Shown here piece by piece: positions 48,294 to 58,155 of a DNA stretch of 64,000 nt. The notes under the pieces are model-generated. The model saw nothing but the letters and a program-made list of their open reading frames with translations. It did no database searches and was not told the DNA's origin. Numbering within the stretch: position 1 is the first letter of the stretch; the number at the start of each line of letters is the position of its first letter. The translations under genes and the position numbers were made by a program. The stretch spans positions 448,001 through 512,000 of the forward strand of contig CAVRZA010000011.1 in NCBI GenBank assembly GCA_963725665.1, written 5' to 3'. This stretch comes from an uncultured Actinomycetes bacterium (GTDB lineage Bacteria; Actinomycetota; Thermoleophilia; UBA2241).

Positions 48294-49318
48294 GTGAGCA
48301 TCCGCACCTATCTCGTTCGGCGCCTCGCGCTGCTCGTGCTGGTGCTGGTGGGCATCTCGCTCATCACCTTCTTGCTCGTGCGCGTGGTGCCCTCAGACCC
48401 GGCGGCCATCTACGCCGGCCCGCGCGCCCGCGCCGAGCAGATCGCGCAGGCGCGCCACATCCTCGGCCTCGACCGTCCGCTCTACGCAGCAGTACGGCAT
48501 CTACGTGCGCGACCTCACGCAGGGCGACTGGGGCACGTCGCTGCGCACCCGGCGACCGGTGCTCGGCGACATCCTGCACTTCCTGCCCTACTCGCTGCAG
48601 CTGATCTTCTTCTCTCTCCTCATCTCGGTGACCCTGGGCATCACCCTGGGAGCGCTCACGGCGCACATGAAGGGGAGATGGGTCGACCACGTGACGCGCG
48701 TCTTCGCCATCGGCGGCGTCTCGCTGCCCACCTTCTTCCTCGCCATCGTGCTGCAGATCATCTTCTTCCGCATGCTGGGGCTGCTGCCGGTCTCGGGCGA
48801 GCTCGACATCGCCGTCGCCCAGGCGCACCCGGTGACGCAGATAACCGGCATGACGGCGGTCGATGCCCTGATCACCGGCAACTTCGTGGCCTTCTTCAAC
48901 GCCATGCAGCATCTCATCCTGCCGGCGACTCACCCTGGCCGCCTTCTCGACCGGCGTCATCACCAGGATGACGCGCTCGGCGATGCTCGAGTCGATGGGC
49001 GCCGACTACATCCGCATGGCCAAGGCGATGGGCGTCTCGACGCGCTTCATCGTGCTGCGCTACGCGCTCAAGAACGCCATGGCGCCGGTGCTGACCGTCA
49101 TCGGCCTCGAGTTCGCCTACCTGCTCGTGGGCACGTTCTTCGTCGAGCGCATCTTCGCCCTGCCCGGTCTGGGGACGTACGCCACGACCTCGATGCTGAG
49201 CCTGGACTACCCGGCCATCATGGGCATCACCATCCTGCTCGCCCTGATCTACGTCGGTGTCAACCTCGTCGTCGACCTCGTGATCGCCAGGCTCGATCCC
49301 CGGGTCGTCCTGAGCTAG
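48294..49318 (+). CDS. ABC permease DppB/OppB-like (frameshifts near 48487 and 48928)
   Basis: YLVRRL, DPA, GLDRPL, GDWGTS, HLILPA, TRSAMLE, DYIRMAKAMG and ARLDPR pieces across three frames. Confidence 0.85.
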
Positions 49319-49327
49319 GAGGAGGGA

Positions 49328-50252
49328 GTGGCTACACCGGCACCGGTCAGCGCCGGCTCCACGGGCGTCTTCGCCGACTGGCGCGCCCGGCACGCGTCGT
49401 CACTCGCCGAGACGCGCCACAACGGGCGCGTGTTCTTGCGCGACAAGCTGGCCGTTATCGGCGTGGCTTGGATCGTCTTCATGATCGTCGTCGCGGTAGG
49501 GGCGCCCTGGATCGCGCCCTACCCCGACGAGGGCCGCGGCGCCTCGCACCTCGCCAGTCGCTTTCGAAGCGCCCAGCGCACAACACTGGTTCGGCACCGA
49601 CAACCTCGGCCGTGATGTGCTTTCCCGGGTCATCTTCGGCGCCCGCATACCGCTCATGATCTCGGCGGCGGTGGCCGCCGCCGTGCTGCTCATCGGCCCC
49701 CTGCTCGGGGCGCTGGCCGGCTACTTCGGCGGCTGGCCCGACGAGATCATCATGCGCGTCACCGACATCTTCTTGGCCTTCCCCGCCATCGTCCTCGCCA
49801 TGGCTTTCGTGGCCATCCTGGGCCCCAACTTGCGCAACCTGGCGATCGCCATCACCGTCACCTGGTGGCCGTGGTACACGCGCCTGGTGCGCGGCATGGC
49901 GGTCTCGCTGCGCGAGCGCCCCTACGTGGAAGCCGCCAAGACGATGGGCGTCAGGGATCCGGTCATCGTGCTGCGCCACATCCTGCCCAACGCCTTCGGT
50001 CCCGTCGTGGTGCAGATCACCCTCGACATCGGCACGGTGATCCTCGAGGTGGCCGGCCTCTCCTTCCTCGGCCTGGGCGCCAAACCGCCGACGCCCGAGT
50101 GGGGCCTCATGGTGAGCGAGGGCGTCGAGTACATCCTCGAGCAGTGGTGGATCAGCGTCTTTCCCGGGCTGGCCATCTTCCTGCTCGTGCTGGCCTTCAA
50201 TCTGGTCGGCGACGGCCTGCGCGACGTCCTCGACCCGCGCTCCAAGCGGTGA
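49328..50252 (+). CDS. ABC permease DppC/OppC-like (frameshift near 49560)
   Basis: APWIAPY, HWFGTDNLGRD, YVEAAK, RHILPN, LSFLGLG, PEWG and GDGLRDVLDP motifs. Confidence 0.87.
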
Positions 50253-50258
50253 GCGCGA

Positions 50259-51259
50259 GTGAGCGACCTGCTCGAGATCAGGGACCTGCATCTGCAGTTC
50301 AACAGCCTGCGCGGCACCGTGAAGGCGCTCGACGGCGTCAACCTCACAGTGCGCGAGGGCGAGATCATCGGTCTCGTCGGCGAGTCGGGCTGCGGCAAGA
50401 CCGTCACGGGGCTCTCTGTGCTGCGCCTGGTCGAGGGCTCGCAGGCGCAGGTCACGGGCGGTGCCATCCTGCTGCGCGGCGACGATCTCCTGGCAAAGAG
50501 CGAGCGCGAGATGGTGCAAGCTGCGCGGCCGCCTGGTGGCGATGGTCTTCCAGGACCCGCTGGCCTCCTTGAACCCGGTGTTCACCGTCGGCGCGCAGAT
50601 CGCGCGCGTCGTGCTGCAGCACAAGGGCGTCTCGGGCAAGGAGGCGCGCGAGGCGGCGCGCCGGGCACTGGCCACGGCCGGCCTGCCGCCCGACGATGAG
50701 ATCCTCGATAGCTACCCGCACCAGCTCTCCGGCGGCATGCGCCAGCGCGCCTGCATGGCCATGGCGCTCTCCTGCGATGCGCCGCTGCTCATCGCCGACG
50801 AGCCGACGACCGCCCTCGACGTGACGATCCAGGCGCAGATCCTGCGCCTGCTCCTCGACCTGCGCGAGCGGCTCGGCGTCGCCCAGGTGCTGATCACGCA
50901 CAACGTCGGGGTGGCGGCGCAGACCTGTGACCGCATCGCCGTCATGTACGCCGGCTCGATCGTCGAGCAGGGTACGGCGGCAGAGGTGCTCAAGCGGGCC
51001 CGGCATCCGTACACCATGGCCCTGTACGAGTGCCTGCCGCACGGCAAGTCGGCGGCCGAGCTGCACACCATCCCGGGCTCGGTCCCCGACCTGATCGACC
51101 CACCGAGCGGCTGTCGCTTTCACCCCCGCTGCGCTCGTGCGCTGGAGATCTGCGTCGACCGTGAAGCCTGAACCCACGCCGATAACGGGCGAGCACTGGG
51201 TGGCCTGTCACTGGGCCGCGGAGCAGCTGGCCGCGGGGAGGGAGACGTGGCCGTCGTGA
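50259..51259 (+). CDS. ABC ATPase DppD/OppD-like (frameshifts near 50519 and 51165)
   Basis: [37 protein letters not shown] and VACH motifs. Confidence 0.87.
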
Positions 51260-52257
51260 CGCCGCTCCTGCAGGTTGACGATCTCACGGTCCACTTCCGC
51301 GTGAAGAAGGGTCTGTCGAAGAGGTCGGCCGATGTCGTGCACGCCGCCGACGGCGTGTCGTTCGCTATCGAGGAGGGCGAGACCCTGGCGCTGGTGGGCG
51401 AGTCGGGCTCGGGCAAGACAACCGTCGCGCGGGCCATCCTGCGGCTGAACAAGCCGACCGGGGGCGGCATCGTCTTCGGCGGCCGCGACCTGGCGTCGCT
51501 GAAGCGCGGCGAGCGCCGCGGCGTGATGCGCGAGGCGCAGGTCGTCTTTCAGGATCCGTACTCCTCGCTGTCCCCGAGGATGACGGTGCACGACATCGTC
51601 GCCGAGCCGCTGCGCGCCCACGGCCACATGCGCGCGCAGGAGCTGGAGCAGCGTGTCCTGGCGTTGCTCGAGATGGTCGGCCTCGGCACGCAGCACCTCT
51701 GGCGCCGTCCGCACGAGTTCTCCGGCGGCCAGTGCCAGCGCATCGCCATCGCGCGTGCCCTGGCGCTGGAGCCCAAGCTGCTCATCCTCGACGAACCGAC
51801 CTCGGCGCTCGACGTCTCGGTCCAGGCGCGCATCCTCGTGCTGCTCGAGGAGATCCAGCAGCGTCTGGGACTCGCGTACCTGTTCATCGCCCACGACCTG
51901 GCCGTTGTGGAGGCGGTGGCCGACCGCGTGGCCGTCATGTACCTGGGTCGCCTCGTCGAGACGGGCCCCGCCAAGGCGGTGCTGCGCAGGCCGCGGCACC
52001 CCTATACCGTCGCGCTGCTGGGCAGCGTGCCCTCGCCCGACCCTGAGGAGCGCAGTGAGATGAAGGTGATCGGGGGAGAGGTGCCCAGCGCGGTGCGCGT
52101 GCCGTCCGGCTGCCGTTTTCACCCACGCTGCCCGTTCCGGATGGAGGTCTGCGACCGCGCGCAGCCGGAGCTGCACGCGTCTGCAGACGACCATCTGGTC
52201 GCCTGTCACCTGCCCGATGACTTCGACGTGACCGGAGAAGGAGGCGTGACGCCATGA
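51256..52257 (+). CDS. ABC ATPase DppF/OppF-like
   Basis: [33 protein letters not shown] and VACH motifs. GTGA overlap with the upstream ATPase. Confidence 0.92.
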   Translation: MTPLLQVDDLTVHFRVKKGLSKRSADVVHAADGVSFAIEEGETLALVGESGSGKTTVARAILRLNKPTGGGIVFGGRDLASLKRGERRGVMREAQVVFQDPYSSLSPRMTVHDIVAEPLRAHGHMRAQELEQRVLALLEMVGLGTQHLWRRPHEFSGGQCQRIAIARALALEPKLLILDEPTSALDVSVQARILVLLEEIQQRLGLAYLFIAHDLAVVEAVADRVAVMYLGRLVETGPAKAVLRRPRHPYTVALLGSVPSPDPEERSEMKVIGGEVPSAVRVPSGCRFHPRCPFRMEVCDRAQPELHASADDHLVACHLPDDFDVTGEGGVTP

Positions 52258-52841
52258 GTGCTCGTGACCGGCTGGTGAAGGCCGAGGAGAGCGTGCTGGC
52301 CGTCATCGACACGCAGCGTGAGTTCCTCGCGAAGCTGCCGCAGGGCGACGCCGAGCGTGTGGTCGAGCGCATCCGCTGGCTCGTCGGGGTCGCGCGGCTC
52401 CTCTCCATCCCCGTGGTCGTGAGCGAGGAGGAGCCGCACGCCAACGGTCCCACGGCGGAACGCATCGTCGAACGTCTCCCGGCCGGCACGCCACGGCTGG
52501 TGAAGCCGGTGTTTGACCTGACGGCGTGCCCCGAGATCGTGCGCGAGATCGAGGCGTCGGGCCGGCGCACTGTGGTCCTCGTGGGCCTCGAGACCGACGT
52601 CTGCGTCGCGCACTCGGCTCTCGGCCTGCTCGAGCTGGGCTACGCCGTGGCGGTCGTCGCCGACGCCACCGGCTCGCCCGGCGCGGCCCATCAGTTCGGC
52701 CTCGAGCGCATGCGCGACGCCGGCGTCGCCGTGCTCGGCGCGAAGAACCTCTACTACGAGTGGGTGCCCACGGTGGAGCGGGCGAACGACCTCGAGGAAG
52801 AGGTCCGGGCGCTCGGAGTGCCCGAGGGTGTGATCCTGTAG
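52254..52841 (+). CDS. Isochorismatase-family cysteine hydrolase
   Basis: AVIDTQ, K..F, GLETDVCV and VADA motifs. Confidence 0.85.
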   Translation: MSARDRLVKAEESVLAVIDTQREFLAKLPQGDAERVVERIRWLVGVARLLSIPVVVSEEEPHANGPTAERIVERLPAGTPRLVKPVFDLTACPEIVREIEASGRRTVVLVGLETDVCVAHSALGLLELGYAVAVVADATGSPGAAHQFGLERMRDAGVAVLGAKNLYYEWVPTVERANDLEEEVRALGVPEGVIL

Positions 52842-52936
52842 ATGCGCGCCTTCTCTCGCGACGTGGGCGCGCGGGCTGCGGCAGGCAGTGCCGGGGCCGG
52901 CGGTGGCGACGGCGCGCAGGGTAAGGAGGACGACTG

Positions 52937-53992
52937 ATGACGACATCTCCGGAGGCCGCGCCGACGCCGCGCGGCGAGGGCTTCAGCATGCCGGCCGAGT
53001 GGGCGCCCCACGACCGCTGCCTGATCTCGTGGCCGGCCGCGGCGCGGGAGTACTGGGGCGAGTTCTACCTGCTCGCCCAGGCGACGCACGCCGCCGTGGC
53101 GCGCGCGGTGGCGCGGTTCGAGCCGGTGCTCGTCATCGCCAATCCCGGCGAGAGCGGCAACGCGCGCAGCTATTGCGGCTCCGACGTCGAGGTGATCGAG
53201 CTGCCCATCGACGACTCCTGGATCCGCGACAACGGGCCCTACTTCCTGCTCGGCCCGGGCGGCGCGCGCGCCGTCGCCGACTTCCCCTTCAACTCGTGGG
53301 GCGAGAAGTACCTGCCCTACGACAAGGACGCACGCGTCACCGAGCTCCTTTGCGAGCACTTCGGCGTGCGCCGGTTCGCGGCACCCATGGTGCTCGAGGG
53401 CGGCGCCTTCACGGTCGACGGCGAGGGGACGCTGATAACGACCGAGAGCTGCCTGCTGCACCCGACGCGCAACCCCCACCTGAGCCGCGAGCGCCAGGAG
53501 GAGATCCTGCGCGACTACCTCGGCGCCGAGAAGGTCATCTGGCTCAAGGCCGGGCGAACCGAAGCGACAGACACCGACGGCCACGTCGACGGTGTCTGTC
53601 ACTTCGTCGCGCCCGGCCGAGTCATCCTGCACATGGTGCGCGAGCCCGATCACGTCGACTACGACAACTTCCAGGAGAACCGCAGGCGGCTTGGCGAGGC
53701 GACCGACGCCCGCGGGCGATCCATTGAGGTCCTCGAGATGGATCGCCGCACGATGACGGACATCGGCGGCAAGCACCTGACGGTGACCTATGTGAACTCT
53801 TACCAGGCCAACGGTGGGCTGGTCGTGCCGACGGCGGGCACGGCCTACGACGAGCACGCCCTCGAGCGGTTGCGTGAGATCTTCCCCGCGCGGGAGGTGG
53901 TCGGCGTGCCGACGCCGGTGCTCGCGTACGGCGGCGGCGGCATCCACTGCATCACCCAGCAGGTGCCGGCCGCGGAGGCGGCGAGCGCGTAG
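52937..53992 (+). CDS. Agmatine deiminase-family protein 3
   Basis: MPAEW, DSWIRD, LEGG, GHVD and GGIHCITQQ motifs. Confidence 0.9.
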   Translation: MTTSPEAAPTPRGEGFSMPAEWAPHDRCLISWPAAAREYWGEFYLLAQATHAAVARAVARFEPVLVIANPGESGNARSYCGSDVEVIELPIDDSWIRDNGPYFLLGPGGARAVADFPFNSWGEKYLPYDKDARVTELLCEHFGVRRFAAPMVLEGGAFTVDGEGTLITTESCLLHPTRNPHLSRERQEEILRDYLGAEKVIWLKAGRTEATDTDGHVDGVCHFVAPGRVILHMVREPDHVDYDNFQENRRRLGEATDARGRSIEVLEMDRRTMTDIGGKHLTVTYVNSYQANGGLVVPTAGTAYDEHALERLREIFPAREVVGVPTPVLAYGGGGIHCITQQVPAAEAASA

Positions 53993-54034
53993 TGGTGCGG
54001 CCCGCTGGAGACCGACGATCCGCAAGGGGAGAGG

Positions 54035-54793
54035 TTGGCTGACGCCGGCAGACAGTGGGCGGCGGAGGTGGGCGTCGAGCCCGCGCGGCGCGAGCTCGCG
54101 CCGACGGCCGAGCGCATCCTCAAGGCGGCGCGGAGAGTGCTTGTGAAGAAGGGCTACGCCGCCCTCACGATGCAGGAGATCGAGAAGGAGTCGGGCACGA
54201 ACCGTGCTCTCGTGCACTACTACTTCGGCAGCAAGGCCGGCCTGGTCGATGCGCTCGTCGAGACCCTGTTCGAGGATCCGGCCTTCGGGTACAGCGACGA
54301 GGTCATGCGGGCTCCCGAGGGTGAGCCGCGCCGCAGGGCGCTGCTCGCCTGGCTGCTGCGCATCGTCCGCGACCGTCGCTCCGCGCGTCTTCTCTACGAG
54401 CTGCTGCCGCACTTTCTGCGCTCGGCGAAGCTGCGCGCCCACGTCGCCGAGCTCTACGAGGCCTACCGCGAGTTCGACGGCCGCTGTCTCGCCTCGGGAG
54501 TCTCTAGCGTCGACCGGAGTGCCACGGAACGCCTGGGTGCGCTCAGCGTCGCCGTGGTCGAAGGGCTCGGGGTGCAGCTTGCCGTGGATCCACATGGCTT
54601 CGACGAAAGAGGCGCCTACGCCCTGTGGGAGGAGATGGTGGCCGCCTATCTCGAGCAGAAGGAGCGCGCGGCTCAGACGACCGGCGAGACCCACGGCAGT
54701 GGGATGCCGCTGGCTTGTGAGTCCGAGCGGCGCGCACGCCGCGCGCTGGCAGAGAAGCACGATGCAGAGCAGCGCGAAGGAGAGAAGGGATGA
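54035..54793 (+). CDS. TetR/AcrR-family regulator
   Basis: RILKAARRVLVKKGYAALTMQEIEKESGTNRALVHYYFGSK helix-turn-helix. Confidence 0.88.
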   Translation: MADAGRQWAAEVGVEPARRELAPTAERILKAARRVLVKKGYAALTMQEIEKESGTNRALVHYYFGSKAGLVDALVETLFEDPAFGYSDEVMRAPEGEPRRRALLAWLLRIVRDRRSARLLYELLPHFLRSAKLRAHVAELYEAYREFDGRCLASGVSSVDRSATERLGALSVAVVEGLGVQLAVDPHGFDERGAYALWEEMVAAYLEQKERAAQTTGETHGSGMPLACESERRARRALAEKHDAEQREGEKG

Positions 54794-55827
54794 TGCAGCG
54801 AGACGTGGGCCGTTCAGGTCGACTCCCCGGCTACGCGAAGTTTCGCGGGCGCCACTACCTCACCGATCAGGACTACACTCGGGAGGAGCTCCTCGAGCTG
54901 CTCGACCTCGCCGCCGCGCTCAAGTCACTCTGGCGCCGTCGCGTGCTCACGCCGTTTCTTCCCGGCAGGTCGCTGGCCATGATCTTCGAGCACCCGTCAA
55001 CGCGCACGCGCGTCAGTTTCGAGGCGGGTATGACGGAGCTCGGCGGCCACGCCCAGTACCTGCGTCCCGGTGAGATCCACCTGCCCGGGCGCGAGAGCAT
55101 CAAGGACACGGCCATCGTGCTCTCGCGCCTCTGCCACGCGATCATGGCGCGCACCGCGTATCACAGCTCCCTCATGGAGCTGGCCCGCTGGGCGACCGTG
55201 CCGGTCGTCAACGGCCTCACCGACGACTACGACCATCCGATCCAGTCGCTCACCGACGCCCTGACGATCCGGGAGACGGCCGGGCGCATCGAGGGCCTCA
55301 AGCTCGCCTTTCTGGGCAAGGTGAGCGATGCCATGGCGAGCTCCGTAGCGTTGACGTGCACGAAGCTCGGCATCGACGTCGTGCTCGCCGGCCCGGCGGA
55401 ACACCAGATGGCCCCCGAGATGCAGGCGCTGGCGCGCGCCAATTGCCTGCACAGCGGCGCCTCGCTCACGTTGACCGACGACCCCGTCGAGGCGGTCGCG
55501 GAGGCCGACTTCGTCTACACCGTCCTGTGGTGGTGGCTCGAAGAGGGGGAGGCGCGCGAGCAGCTGCGCCGTACCTACCGGCCGTTCCAGGTCAACGAGG
55601 AGCTGTGGGCGCAAGCGAAGCCGGGGGCGCGGTTCATGGACTGCCTGCCGGCGGTCCGCGGCGAGGAGGCCACGGACGCGATCATGGACGGCGAGATGTC
55701 GCTCTGCTTCGACCAGTCGGAGAACCGCAAGCACCTGCAGAAGGCGGTGCTGCTCGCCCTGATCGGCATCGACGGGCTGCCTGCCGACCCCGAGCTGCAC
55801 GACATCGGCCGGGCGCTGCTGACATGA
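54790..55827 (+). CDS. Ornithine/putrescine carbamoyltransferase-family protein (atypical active site)
   Basis: STRTRVSFE, ESIKDTA.VLSR, NG, HPIQ, CLPAVRGEE and ENR.H motifs. Confidence 0.88.
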   Translation: MMQRDVGRSGRLPGYAKFRGRHYLTDQDYTREELLELLDLAAALKSLWRRRVLTPFLPGRSLAMIFEHPSTRTRVSFEAGMTELGGHAQYLRPGEIHLPGRESIKDTAIVLSRLCHAIMARTAYHSSLMELARWATVPVVNGLTDDYDHPIQSLTDALTIRETAGRIEGLKLAFLGKVSDAMASSVALTCTKLGIDVVLAGPAEHQMAPEMQALARANCLHSGASLTLTDDPVEAVAEADFVYTVLWWWLEEGEAREQLRRTYRPFQVNEELWAQAKPGARFMDCLPAVRGEEATDAIMDGEMSLCFDQSENRKHLQKAVLLALIGIDGLPADPELHDIGRALLT

Positions 55828-55862
55828 GGGCCCAGGGGTGAGTCACGACGCAAGGAGTCGGC

Positions 55863-56963
55863 ATGGCATCTGAGATCGCAGCTGGCGGGGGCGCCGCCCC
55901 CAGGACTCCGCGTGCCGACGGCCTGCGGCTGCCGGCACGCTTCGTCGCACATCAGCAGACCCTGCTCTCCTGGCCCTGCCGGGAGGATGTCTTCGGACCG
56001 CTCATGGAACGGGCGCGCGAGGAGTGGGCTGAGGTGGCGCGCGCCATCGCCCGCTTCGAGCCGGTCACGGTGATCGCGCGCCCAGAGGCGGTCGCTGAGG
56101 TCGCGGCCCTCTGCGGCTCCCAGGTCGAAGTCCTGCCCCTGCCCCTTGACGACTCGTGGATCCGCGACAACGGCCCCATCTTCGTGGCCGACGAGAAGGG
56201 TGCCGCAGCCGTCGTCGGCTTCGGCTTCGACGGGTGGAACGAACAGTTCACGCCCTACGACCAAGACGCGCTCGTGCCGGAGCGTGTCGCGGAGGCGCTC
56301 GGGGCGCGGTTCTATCGTGCGCCGTTCGTCCTTGAGGGCGGCGCCTTCAACACCGACGGCGAAGGCACCTTGCTCACCACCGAGCAGTGCCTGCTGCACA
56401 ACCGCAACCTGGGCATGTCGCGCCGCGACTACGAGGCGGCGCTGCGCGAGTGGCTCGGCGTCGAGACGATCGTGTGGTTGCCCTTCGGTCTCGCCGAGGA
56501 CTCGGGTCCTCTTTCGACGGCGGGGCACGTCGACGACGTGGCGCAGTTCATCGGACCGGGCGTCGTGCTCGCCCAGACCGCGCCGCCGGGCAACCCGAAT
56601 CACACTCGCCTGCTCGAGAACCTCGAGGTGCTGCGCGAGGCCCGCGATGCCGCCGGCCGGCGGCTGCAGGTCGTCGAGATGGAGCTGCTGCCGTATGTGG
56701 CCGGAGTCGGGTCGGGCCTCGCGGTGAGGGCGCCGGGAGCCGACAAGCTCATGCCGGCGCCCTACGTGAACCTGGTGTTCGTGAACGGCGGCGTGCTGCT
56801 GCCCCGCGTCGACGCCCTCGGTGAGGGCGAGGCCTACCGGATCATCGGCGACCTGCTGCCGGGCCGCGAGGTGGTCGGTCTGCCCGTCGAGATGTCGGCC
56901 TTCGGCGGCGGCGGGCTCGGCTGCATCACGCAGCAGGTGCCCGCCGGCCGGATCCTGGGCTGA
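55863..56963 (+). CDS. Agmatine deiminase-family protein 4
   Basis: DSWIRD, LEGG, GHVD and GGGLGCITQQ motifs. Confidence 0.88.
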   Translation: MASEIAAGGGAAPRTPRADGLRLPARFVAHQQTLLSWPCREDVFGPLMERAREEWAEVARAIARFEPVTVIARPEAVAEVAALCGSQVEVLPLPLDDSWIRDNGPIFVADEKGAAAVVGFGFDGWNEQFTPYDQDALVPERVAEALGARFYRAPFVLEGGAFNTDGEGTLLTTEQCLLHNRNLGMSRRDYEAALREWLGVETIVWLPFGLAEDSGPLSTAGHVDDVAQFIGPGVVLAQTAPPGNPNHTRLLENLEVLREARDAAGRRLQVVEMELLPYVAGVGSGLAVRAPGADKLMPAPYVNLVFVNGGVLLPRVDALGEGEAYRIIGDLLPGREVVGLPVEMSAFGGGGLGCITQQVPAGRILG

Positions 56964-56967
56964 TACG

Positions 56968-58062
56968 GTGGCCCGCACGCTGACGTCCACGCCGCGCGCC
57001 GACGGCTTCCGCATGCCGGCGGAGTGGGAGCCGCACGCGGCCACGTGGCTGCTCTGGCCGCAGCGACCCGACGTCTGGCGGCAGGGCGGCAAGCCGGCGC
57101 AACGCGCCTTCGCTGAGCTGGCCGCGGCCGTCAGCCGCTTCGAGCCCGTGGCCGTGGGCGTCAACCACGACCAGTTCGAGAACGCCCGTCGCATGCTCCC
57201 CGCGCGGGTCCGCGTGCTCGAGGTGTCGAGCAACGACGCCTGGATGCGTGACTCAGGCCCGACCTTCGTGGTCGACGACCGCGGTGAGGTGCGCCTCGTC
57301 GACTGGCGCTTCAACGCCCACGGCTTCAGCCTGCCTGCCTGGGACAAGGACGACGCGGTCGCCGGCAAGATCGCCGAGATCGAGGGCGTCGACCGCTACC
57401 GTGCGCCGCTCGTCCTCGAGGGCGGATCGATCCACGTCGACGGCGAAGGGACGGTGCTCACCACGAGGGAGTGCCTGCTCAATCCCAACCGCAACCCCGA
57501 TCTTGCGCAGGAGCAGATCGAGGCGTTTCTCAAGGAGTACCTCGGGGCGAAAGTGGTGATCTGGCTGGATCGAGGCCTCGATCCGGACGTCACCTCTGGC
57601 CATGTGGACGACGTCGCCATGTTCGTTCGGCCGGGTGTCGTCGCCCTGGCGTGGGCCGACGATCGGCGCGACTGGCGTCACGAGATCATGGCCGAGAACC
57701 TGGAGATCCTGCGCGCGACGCGCGACGCGTGTGGCCGTGCGCTGGAGATCATCACGGTGCCGCTCCCGGCGGAGGTCGCGATCTCGGAGGAGGAGGCGTC
57801 CACCATCGACAGTGTAGAGGGCAGCCTGGCCCTTCCGGCCGGGTTCAAGCAGGCCGCCAGTTACATCAACTGCGTCCTCTGTAACGGAGGTCTGATCGTT
57901 CCGACCTTTGACGACCCGGCCGACGATGCGGCTGTCGCCGTTCTTCAGGGGCTCTTCTCCGATCGCCGGCTAGTGGCGCTGCCCGGCCGCGAGGTCGTGA
58001 TCGCCGGGGGCTGCTTCCACTGCGTGACGCAGCAGCAACCCGCCGGGCTGGAGCGACGGTGA
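56968..58062 (+). CDS. Agmatine deiminase-family protein 5
   Basis: DGFRMPAEW, WPQRPDVWR, DAWMRD, GHVD and GGCFHCVTQQ motifs. Confidence 0.9.
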   Translation: MARTLTSTPRADGFRMPAEWEPHAATWLLWPQRPDVWRQGGKPAQRAFAELAAAVSRFEPVAVGVNHDQFENARRMLPARVRVLEVSSNDAWMRDSGPTFVVDDRGEVRLVDWRFNAHGFSLPAWDKDDAVAGKIAEIEGVDRYRAPLVLEGGSIHVDGEGTVLTTRECLLNPNRNPDLAQEQIEAFLKEYLGAKVVIWLDRGLDPDVTSGHVDDVAMFVRPGVVALAWADDRRDWRHEIMAENLEILRATRDACGRALEIITVPLPAEVAISEEEASTIDSVEGSLALPAGFKQAASYINCVLCNGGLIVPTFDDPADDAAVAVLQGLFSDRRLVALPGREVVIAGGCFHCVTQQQPAGLERR

Positions 58063-58155
58063 GCGCCGTCGTCGCGCGACGACGGATCGCAGCTCAACGA
58101 ATAGTCGACGATCCTTCCGACAGGACCCGTCGCATCGACACGGGAAGGAGATGAG

